DNA from: Octopus bimaculoides
Lineage: Eukaryota
DNA: 64,000 nucleotides
NCBI RefSeq assembly: GCF_001194135.2
Contig: NC_068985.1
Location: 4,820,254 to 4,884,253, forward strand
Direction of reading: 5' to 3'
Part shown: in pieces, positions 40,501 to 51,700 of the stretch
How the letters are laid out: every line of letters starts with the position of its first letter
Numbering within the stretch: position 1 is the first letter of the stretch
Notes under the pieces: generated by a model
The model's database searches: none
Seen by the model: only the letters and a program-made list of their open reading frames with translations
Told to the model about the DNA's origin: nothing
Program-made: the position numbers and the translations under genes

Positions 40501-43500
40501 TAATCATCAATGTACTTTCTCTGATTATCTATGACTTCCTTCCATCTATTTACAAGCTTTTTAATCCCATCAATGTAAAACTCTTTTGGTTTCAAAGCGA
40601 AGAACTCTGAAATGTCAGTTTCGACCTTCCTCTGGCTTGCAAAAGTTATGTCCCCCAAATGATTCTGTAAACTATGAAACAAATGGTAGTCTGAAGGAGC
40701 AAAGTCGGGAGAATAAGGTGGATGAGGAATTTTTTCCCAGTCNNNNNNNNNNNNNNNNNNNNNNNNNNNNNNNNNNNNNNNNNNNNNNNNNNNNNNNNNN
40801 NNNNNNNNNNNNNNNNNNNNNNNNNNNNNNNNNNNNNNNNNNNNNNNNNNNNNNNNNNNNNNNNNNNNNNNNNNNNNNNNNNNNNNNNNNNNNNNNNNNN
40901 NNNNNNNNNNNNNNNNNNNNNNNNNNNNNNNNNNNNNNNNNNNNNNNNNNNNNNNNNNNNNNNNNNNNNNNNNNNNNNNNNNNNNNNNNNNNNNNNNNNN
41001 NNNNNNNNNNNNNNNNNNNNNNNNNNNNNNNNNNNNNNNNNNNNNNNNNNNNNNNNNNNNNNNNNNNNNNNNNNNNNNNNNNNNNNNNNNNNNNNNNNNN
41101 NNNNNNNNNNNNNNNNNNNNNNNNNNNNNNNNNNNNNNNNNNNNNNNNNNNNNNNNNNNNNNNNNNNNNNNNNNNNNNNNNNNNNNNNNNNNNNNNNNNN
41201 NNNNNNNNNNNNNNNNNNNNNNNNNNNNNNNNNNNNNNNNNNNNNNGAACTAAGCTTTATTGCCAATTCTTCAACTGATAATGCAGGATTTTCTTCAAGG
41301 AGCTTATCATCAAACTCAACTGGATGTCCTGTTCAATCTTCATCATCAAGGCTGAAATCTCCACTTCTGAATTTTGCAAACCATCTTCTGCAAGTTCTTT
41401 CATTCAAGCATTCTTTCCCATAAACTGAGTGTATGTTTTGAGTCGCTTTGGCTGCAGAGTTTCCTTTATTGTACTTATAAAGCATTATGTACCTCAAATG
41501 CTCTTTGGATACTTCCATGTTAGAAAGGGTTTTAATCAAAGAAATTTTAATTCTATTATTCTGTAAAATTATATTTAATTAGTTTAAATGTACACAAATG
41601 CATAAAAAATAATTTAAAATTCCATTAGACATTCCAAAATGCTATTAAATCTCATTCAATTTTAAAAAAGGTAAAATTGGACAGAACTTATGGGATGACC
41701 TGATAGTTGTTGGCTTTCTGAGAAAGAACAGATGAGCCATAAATACTTCTATGGTTAGGATGCTTGTTTTTTCAGATAACATTACCAAAGTATCATTCAT
41801 TCTTTTATTCATCTATTTTTTTCATGCTATTATGACTTAGATGGAAGGTAACACTGGCAGAATTTTTACAGCCAGATGGTCTTAAAAGTGAGTGATTTAT
41901 CATTCCAGATGAATTTAAAAGTGCACAACTAGCAGATGATTTTTCATCATCATCATCATCATCATCATCGTCTTTTAATGTCTGTTTTCCATGCTAGCAT
42001 GGGTTGGACAGTTTAACTGAGATCTAGAAAGCCAACGATTGCACCAATCTAATCTAGCAATGTTTCTACAGCTGGATGCCCTTCCTAACTCCAACCACTC
42101 CAAGAGTATAAAGGGTACTTTTTTACATGCCACCAGCACAGAAGCCAGTCAGGCAAGCCTGGTATCGATCATGTTCAGATAATGCTTTTTACATGCTACC
42201 GGCACAGGAGCCAGTCAGGGGATACTGGCATCGGCTACATTAAGATAGTGCTTTTCACATGCCACTGGCACGGGAGCCAGTCAGGTGGCCCTGACAGGAA
42301 ATATCCCAAAGCATGTCAGTAGCAGGCCAGTTATAAACAATAATATCACTATATATAGCTATAGCTCAGCATAGTTTGTTAGTATTCACACACTCACACA
42401 CACACACCATTATACATATAGGGTGGGCCAAAAGTCATGCACAAAATAAATTCAATATGCTCTGGAATTGTCAGACATGCTTCAATTTTTCTAAATTTAA
42501 ATAAAATAAACAAAATGATGATTAATACTTACATACATGTACATGATGAACAAAATGAATATTAATACTAATAATGTAATATAAATAAAATGTCAAATGT
42601 TTTGGTGTGTGACTTTTGGCCTACTCTGTATATGCACATGAGAGGTTCTTTCAATTTCCATTTATTAAATTGTCTGATAAGGAACTGATTCAGTCGTGGC
42701 CATCTTGGAAAAAAACTTGCTCAAGATACCACACAGTGGCACTGAAGCTGAAATTACATGGTTGAGAAACAAATTTCCTAACTGCACATTCTCAGCTGGG
42801 CTTGAGTATTCTTACACATATAAAAAATAAATAAACAGTATGAACTAACCTTGATATCTCCAAAGTACTCTCTTGCTAATTCTCTGCAAAATAAATAAGG
42901 AAATGCAACTTTTTTTTACATCTTCAGACATAGAGAAACATAAGATTATAGCTTTTTCTACAATTTATTTCTTATTTTTCTTCTTTGCTACCATCACTAC
43001 CACCACCATCAATAACAACAAGACTACAACCATCATTATTTAATATCTATTTTCTCTTAGACATGGATTTTTTTAAATATTCAAATCTAGATTTCTACTT
43101 TATTTCAAGTAATTTCATCACTGACCCTCATTAGTAGTTTCACTCTTGGCTATGTACATAGTACCAATTTATTAATACTTATCTCTCAGCAATGACAGAA
43201 ATATTTGGTTTCAAATTTTTGCACAAGCCAGCAATTTTGGGAGAGTAGGTAAGTTGATTTTAATGACCCCAGTGATCAACTGGTACTTATATTTTGCTCA
43301 TTTCCATCTTTTGCAGTTTCATATGTTACAGTGGCATAGCAATATTTGTCTTCTTGTGAAATAAATATTGTTATTACAAAACTACTCAAGATAACTTTGC
43401 TGTATTTGAAGTTTGTTGTTGTTTAACCCTAGGACAGCCCAGATGAAGCAGACCATTGATCCAAGATATTCTAGCTATAAGCACCACTACCATCATCATC

Positions 43501-46500
43501 ATCATCATCATCATCCAATATCCATTTTCCATTCTAGCATGGGTTGGACAGTTTGACCAGAGCTGGCAAGGCAGACAGCTGCACCAAGTCACATTCTGCT
43601 TTGGTATGGTTCCTATGGCTGGATGCTCTTCCTAACATCAACCACTTTACATTGTGTCCAGGGTGCTTTTTACATGACACTGGTACAAGCACTTTGTGGG
43701 CACTGGCATGAGTGCTTTGTATGTGACACTGGCACAAGATTCTTGCAGGCCAATTCTCTTCACCAGGGGTTGTGGCCTTAATACTTCTCCTGTGGGGTAC
43801 AGATCTTCTTGAGTACAGCAAGGCATCTGGTATTTTGGTCCTTTGTCATCTTATCTGAAAGGTTTAGTGTCTTGAGGTGGTCCTTCAGTGCTTCATCCCA
43901 TGTCTTCCTATGTTTCTCTCTTCCCCATGTCCCATCCACTTTGAGAGACTAGCATTTCTTTATAGAGCTGTCAACATCCATCTGCATCACATGACCAAAC
44001 CAGTGCAGTCTTCCCTCTTCCACACTGCATCTAATTCTTCTTATGCCTAACTTTTCTTTCATTACACTAGCACTCTGTTGCACATGTACACTTGCATTAC
44101 ATATCCAGTGAAGCATATTAGCCTCATTCATCTCTAGCCTTCACATGTCTTCTGCATTCAGGGCTCACATCTCACTACCATATACATGCTTCATACAATC
44201 TGCTTTTCACTCGGAGAGAGAAATCTTTGGTTGCCAGCAGAGATAAAAGCTTTCTGAATTTTCTCCATCCTAGTCTTATTCTACCTATTACACTCTCTGT
44301 ACATCCTCCCTCACTACTAATTTTATCCCCTTGGTAGCAGAAATCATCCACTACCCCTAATGACCCTCCAGGGCATTTAAGAAAGTCAATTTCCCATGTA
44401 TCAATAGTTTTTTATGGCTCCAGTGCATCTTCATATATGAACACTACTTTTTCTCTGATAACCTTCCTATTATTCCACTGCACCTCTTGTGTGTCCATAG
44501 CTAACATCAGGTACACCAAATGGAATTCCTGCCTACATCTTCCCTACAAATCGAGCAAGGTCACCTACCTGAAGGGAGTAGTGTCCTGTTTGTTTTCTTG
44601 CTTATGAAGACCTTAGACTTTGCTAAGTTAACCATAAGGCTCTTAGATTCCAGGTTTTACTTTCAAAACTGGGAATTTCTTTTCTAGCTTTGATAAAAAA
44701 TCTGCTGTGAGGGCAAGATCATCAGCATAATAAATCCCAGGGGTTGCTGGTCTTGAATTCCCCTGTTATAGCCTGGAGGACAATGATGAGAAGGAGGGGA
44801 CTGAGGACTGAGACTTGATGAATGCCTATCTGTAAACTAAATTCTTTGTACTTGTGGTTAACTCTGATCTTACTGACAGTGTCTCTGTACATGGCCTATA
44901 CAGCTTTTACAAGCAACTTGTCAACCCCCAACCTCCTCAGAGCCCACCATATCACACAGGTGAGTTACTCTATTGAAGGCTTTCTCTAGATCAATAAATA
45001 CCAAGTATAATGGTTTATTCTTAGCTATAGTGCCACCTGGCTGGCTCCAGTGCTGGTGGCACGTAAAAAGCACCATTTGTGTGTGGCCATTTCCAGTGCT
45101 GCTTGACTGGCTCCCATGTTAGTGACACATAAAAAGCACCATTCGAGCATGGTCGATGCCAGTACCACTTGACTGGCCCCTGTGCCAGTGGCACACAAAA
45201 AGCATCCACTAGTCTTTCAGAATAGTTAGTGTTAGGAAGGGCATCAAGTTGTAGAAACCTTGCCAGTATAGATTGGAGCCTGGTACAGCCCCCTGGCTTG
45301 CCAGTCCACAGTCAAACCATCCAACCCATGCCAGCATGGAAAGTGGACGTCAAATGATGATGGTGAGGTGGTATCAAAAAGTTCCCAGATTAGTTATGTT
45401 TAATAAAAAATAACTTATTTAGCTAAGTTTTAACATCACCTCCTTCAAAATAGTCACCTTGTGCAGCAATAACTGGTTCCAGTGCTCCTACCACTTTTGG
45501 AATCTAGCCTGGAAGCCGTTTTCCGTAAGCGAGTCAAAGATCTTCTGCGATTCACTCTTGATCTCAAGACCCAATTCTTGTCACCATTGATAATACTGAC
45601 ATAAAGGATGGGTCACCAGCAGCACGCTGAAGGATATCTCGACAGACTTCAACATGATGTTCTTTCTGTTCAGTGGTCAGCAGATAAGGGGACAAACTTT
45701 GCGCTGGCTATAATTTCTATAGAAATAACTTTCACAAAATAAGTGTCATAATCTAGATTTATCATTTGATTTCTATCAAAAGTGAGTCCTGAATAACATA
45801 AGGAAGCTCAAAGGATAAGAGAGTCATGCTAACTGAAAACAGGAAAAAATTTAATGCTTATATTCAATATTATTTACATGAAGGAAATCAAACTACAATA
45901 TAAATTCACAAAACATACTCACAGCAATCTTGTTTTATGACCAGGTTTCCAAGTGTTTTTTAAACATTCATCCAATTTAAATGCATCCTGAAATTTCAAG
46001 AAACAGACAACTGAAGTTTCAAATTGCAATTTTGATAATTATATTTGTAAGTGCCATGTAAAAAGCACCCGGTACACTCTCTAAAGTGGTTGGCATTGGG
46101 AAGGGCATCCAGCTGTAGAAACCAAAACAGACAACTAGAGCCTGGGCAGCTCTCCAATTGGCCAACTCCTGTCAAACCATCCAACCTATGCCAGCATGGA
46201 AGACATATGTTAAGTGATGATGATGAGGATGAGAATGATTTGATTTCTTTCTGTGTTTGTTTATTTCGTTTTTATCTTATTTTGTCATGTAACTTTAATT
46301 ATTGATCATAAAATAATTTGTTATGTATGTGTTGTTGCTGTTTAGCCTCTAGTCCATCTGGATTCAGCAATCTTCTATGTATCTTTCCTCTTTGATTTCT
46401 TGTTTCAGTGATATGATTGCAGTCATGCTTGGCATAACTCTCTTTTACTCTTTTACTTGTTTCAGTCATTTGACTGTGGCCATGCTGGAGCACTGCCTTT

Positions 46501-46653
46501 AGTCGAGCAAACTGACCCCAGGACTTATTCTTTGGAAGCTTAGTACTTATTCTATCAGTCTTTTTGCCGAACTGCTAAGTTACGGGGACGTAAACACACC
46601 AGCATCGGTTGTCAAGCAATGTTGGGGGGACAAACACAGACACAGAAACATAT

Positions 46654-46684
<31 letters not shown>

Positions 46685-47567
46685 CATATATNNNNNNNNN
46701 NNNNNNNNNNNNNNNNNNNNNNNNNNNNNNNNNNNNNNNNNNNNNNNNNNNNNNNNNNNNNNNNNNNNNNNNNNNNNNNNNNNNNNNNNNNNNNNNNNNN
46801 NNNNNNNNNNNNNNNNNNNNNNNNNNNNNNNNNNNNNNNNNNNNNNNNNNNNNNNNNNNNNNNNNNNNNNNNNNNNNNNNNNNNNNNNNNNNNNNNNNNN
46901 NNNNNNNNNNNNNNNNNNNNNNNNNNNNNNNNNNNNNNNNNNNNNNNNNNNNNNNNNNNNNNNNNNNNNNNNNNNNNNNNNNNNNNNNNNNNNNNNNNNN
47001 NNNNNNNNNNNNNNNNNNNNNNNNNNNNNNNNNNNNNNNNNNNNNNNNNNNNNNNNNNNNNNNNNNNNNNNNNNNNNNNNNNNNNNNNNNNNNNNNNNNN
47101 NNNNNNNNNNNNNNNNNNNNNNNNNNNNNNNNNNNNNNNNNNNNNNNNNNNNNNNNNNNNNNNNNNNNNNNNNNNNNNNNNNNNNNNNNNNNNNNNNNNN
47201 NNNNNNNNNNNNNNNNNNNNNNNNNNNNNNNNNNNNNNNNNNNNNNNNNNNNNNNNNNNNNNNNNNNNNNNNNNNNNNNNNNNNNNNNNNNNNNNNNNNN
47301 NNNNNNNNNNNNNNNNNNNNNNNNNNNNNNNNNNNNNNNNNNNNNNNNNNNNNNNNNNNNNNNNNNNNNNNNNNNNNNNNNNNNNNNNNNNNNNNNNNNN
47401 NNNNNNNNNNNNNNNNNNNNNNNNNNNNNNNNNNNNNNNNNNNNNNNNNNNNNNNNNNNNNNNNNNNNNNNNNNNNNNNNNNNNNNNNNNNNNNNNNNNN
47501 NNNNNNNNNNNNNNNNNNNNNNNNNNNNNNNNNNNNNNNNNNNNNNNNNNNNNNNNNNNNNNNNNNN

Positions 47568-47609
<42 letters not shown>

Positions 47610-47611
47610 CT

Positions 47612-47651
<40 letters not shown>

Positions 47652-48648
47652 TACACACACACATCATCATCATCATCATCGTCATCATTTAACGTCCACT
47701 TTCCATGCTGGCACGGGTTGGACGGTTTGACTGAGGGACGGCAAGCCAGAAAGCTGCACCAGGCTCCAACCTGATCTGGCAAGGTTTCTACAGTTGGATG
47801 CCCTTCCTAATGCCAACCACTCTGAGAGTGTAGTGGGCGCTTATTATGTGCCAGTCAGGCAGTACTGGCATCGACCACACTTAAATAGTGCTTTTTACCT
47901 GCCACTGGCACAGGACCAGTCAGGTGACATTGGCATTGACCATGCTTAAATGGTGCTTTTTACGTGCTACTGGCATGGGTGTCAATCAGGCAGTACTGTC
48001 ATTGACCACGACAATGACTTCACTTGACTCAACAGGTATTCGCAAGCGCAGTTTATTGCCCAATGATTGAAGGCTACTCCTAAATGGGCCAGTTATGCTG
48101 CACTGGCATAGGCCACAGTTACGGTCTCACTTGGCTTGCTGGATCTTCTTAACCCTTTTGTTACTAACCCGGCCGTAGCCAGCTGAGTGTACCCATTGTT
48201 ATTTAAATGCATATTTGAACCCAAATCTCGTTAGTACATTCGTTAAAACACCTGATTTCACTTTGCAAACAGTTGAGTTATTGTCTCCAACATTGTTTGG
48301 TGTGATATTTGAACTCAGTGTATGTTTGTATATATAAATATATATATAATTGTTGAAGAGAACAACAAACATTAAAGTAAGACAAACATCTCAAGTCATT
48401 CATGTTATTATTATTGGAAGAATTCTGCTATATCGGAAATCTACAACGGTTCCATAACTCCTGTCTTAGCTATGAGCTTGGAGCCCTGGTAATCCATTAC
48501 GGCACTTACCCAGCATACCTAGTCATTTAGATCTACTGTGAAGTAAACCCCATATTTTGTTTATATATATATATATATACATATATATGTATCAGATATA
48601 TATTAATATATATATATGTATATATATATATATGTATGTATACATATA

Positions 48649-48721
<73 letters not shown>

Positions 48722-51700
48722 NNNNNNNNNNNNNNNNNNNNNNNNNNNNNNNNNNNNNNNNNNNNNNNNNNNNNNNNNNNNNNNNNNNNNNNNNNNNNNN
48801 NNNNNNNNNNNNNNNNNNNNNNNNNNNNNNNNNNNNNNNNNNNNNNNNNNNNNNNNNNNNNNNNNNNNNNNNNNNNNNNNNNNNNNNNNNNNNNNNNNNN
48901 NNNNNNNNNNNNNNNNNNNNNNNNNNNNNNNNNNNNNNNNNNNNNNNNNNNNNNNNNNNNNNNNNNNNNNNNNNNNNNNNNNNNNNNNNNNNNNNNNNNN
49001 NNNNNNNNNNNNNNNNNNNNNNNNNNNNNNNNNNNNNNNNNNNNTGTAGTTACAGCTCAGAGCTGCAGCCATGCTGGGGCACCACCGTTTTGCTACACTG
49101 TTATTACTGAGAGCCTCCTCTAATATGTAGCATTTGATAAATAACGGAGTTTGATGTTGCTACCCTCATTTGCACCTCTTGCTGCGAGGTAGGTTCATCT
49201 GGGACTCTCGACAGAAAGAGGTCCAGTTTTGATTTGAAAACACCTACATCCACTTTGTGTAGGTCTCTCAGGCTCTTTCGAAGAACATTAAAAAGTTGTG
49301 GGCCTCTGAAACCCAGGCTGTTGCAGTAACTGGTCCTGAAGCGTAATCGCATTGTTGGGATCTTTGGCACCATGCAGTGTCAACCTGTTCTAGCACTGGT
49401 ATAGCTTTCAATGCTAAAATTTAGCACAATTCCTTTCAAGATCTTTCAGATGCATGTTACTGTACACCTCTCCTGCCTTTGCTCCAGGGAGTAGAGTCTT
49501 AGCTGTTTCAGCCTTTCCTTGTAGCAATGACACGATCTTTGTAAAGCTCCACTGGATTGCTTCAAGGTCCGCAGTCAATTTTACACTGTTGGGTGACCAT
49601 AGCTGGGAGCAGTAGTCCAGATGGCTGAGGACAAATGTCCTCTAAAGGACCATCATGGTTTCCTTCTCTCTGGTTCTGAATGTTCTTAGGATCTATCCAG
49701 CCAGTCATCTGCACTTTGTCATCATCCTGGTAATGTGCACTTGGAAAGAGGTATCACTCATGTCGATACCCAGGTCCCTCGCTGATTTAGTCTCTGGGAT
49801 CGTAATCCTCTGCGGACCATTGTACTCTGTAAGTTTTATATTCAGTTTTTGATACTGGTAGCACAGGGCTTGGAATTTTTCAGCATGAAACTGCATATTA
49901 TTATTCTCAGCCCATCTGTAAATTGAGTCCAACTCCTGCTGCAGGAGTATTTTCTGCGAGACTTTCATATCGTCTGCATAGCTAGCAAGGGTGGCTATCT
50001 GGGCAGCTGAGGGCATATATGAGAGGGCCGCTATGTAAAGCAGTGGTCCCAGAACAGTTTCCTATGGAACACTGCTCACTATTTGTATTTTCTTTGAGGT
50101 GGCTCCATTGGCCACTACTGCCTGACTTCTATCTTACAGAAAATCATGTGACCACTTTCCAAGTTTTGCAGTTATGCCAAGATCATGCACTTTGTGGCAT
50201 ATCATACTATGATCCACTTTATCAAAAGCTTTTGCAAAGCCAAGGTATATTACATCCACATTTGAGTTGTTCAGTAACTGCCTCAACACGCAATCATAGT
50301 GCTGTAAGAGCTGGGTCAGGCAGCTCCTACTTAGTCTAAAGCCATGCTGGGTATCACTCAGCAAGTGGTTTTCTTCAAGGAATGTGATTAGCTTCCCTCT
50401 GACTATCTGTTCCATGACTTTGCTGATGTGTGAAGTCAGAGAGATAGGCCTATAGTTTTTGGCATCTACTCTGCTTCCTCCTTTATGGATTGGGCATATT
50501 ATGCCCCACTTCAGCTTGCTTGGCAGCCTGCCATTTGCAAGAAAGCTCTGGAAGAGAATCTGTAGTGGTTTCGCTAGGACACGCTTAGATGATTTGAGGA
50601 TTGTTGGGAAACTATCAGGAGCAGCAATTGAGTTTGCGTTCACTTCATCTATGGCTAGCAATATATCTTCTTTGCTAATGTCGATGCAATCCATTGTATC
50701 TGCCTCGCAGGTCATAGGTGAGGCAGCAAAGAAATCCACTGGTTCATTCATGTATCTGTGTTCCAAAGGAGTGGTAAAGACATTTTTGAACTGGTCATTC
50801 AGTACCTCACTGATCCTGGTTAGATTATCTGTAAGGGAGCCATCCTTTTGGAAGAGTGATCCTATTTTACAGCATACTGTTTCTTTGGCATAATGAAAGA
50901 TGGCCTTTGGGTTTGACTTAACGTTTTTTATAACCCAGGCTTCTTTGTCTGCTCTCTCCCTCACATAGGATTGTTGCAGGTTTTTTTCAATCTCCATCAG
51001 TGTTGCTTTTAGGCAGGACCTTTCACTACTTTTGGAATGTTGGTTGAAGCAATTTGCAACCTTCGTCTGTCTTCTCATGAGGATCTTCTTCTCCCTTGGA
51101 ATCTTGTTCCTTGTATTGGCCTTGTGCTCTTGGACATATTTCTGGCATATGGTTTACATAACAGACATGAAATATTCTAGTTTCATGCCAATGTCTAGTG
51201 TGGAGAGACATTTTGGCCAGTGCTGTCTGAGGGGTTTTTTTTTGGATCGATTTCCAGTCTGCTTTGTGAAAGTTCAGATTGGAGAAATTTTGGGTGCTTC
51301 TTTTAGGCTGTATGTCTCTGGCTACTTTTGGTCCATACACAGACAGCTCTATGATGTTGTGATCTGAAACTAATGTCAGTATAGTAGAAAGTGGGTTATA
51401 CATCTTTAGACGTATACCTGACTTTCCTACTATAAACTTAGAATATAACGGAACGCTGAACTCCAGACTATCAACTTAAACAACACTTTATTTAGGTGGC
51501 AAATATATACATCTTTAGTTCTTGTTGTTACAGCTTCTGTTGTTGGGACATTGTTATGTAGGTGTGAGCGAGCTGTCGAGCGTAAGTCCGAAAGATGTAG
51601 AGAGACAGCTTAACACGTAAAGAGGCTGTCTCCAGAGTTCGAATGTTAGAGACACTCTTGACACGTCCATTGCTCTATGCTGGCCAGCAAGAAAGAGAAT

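Noticed and set aside
12266-49123. Long ORF-track entries made mostly of X (for example 12266..12961, 20322..21209, 34275..35890, 46575..47782, 48533..49123)
   Set aside because: Artefacts of N gaps and flanking microsatellites, not real coding sequence.
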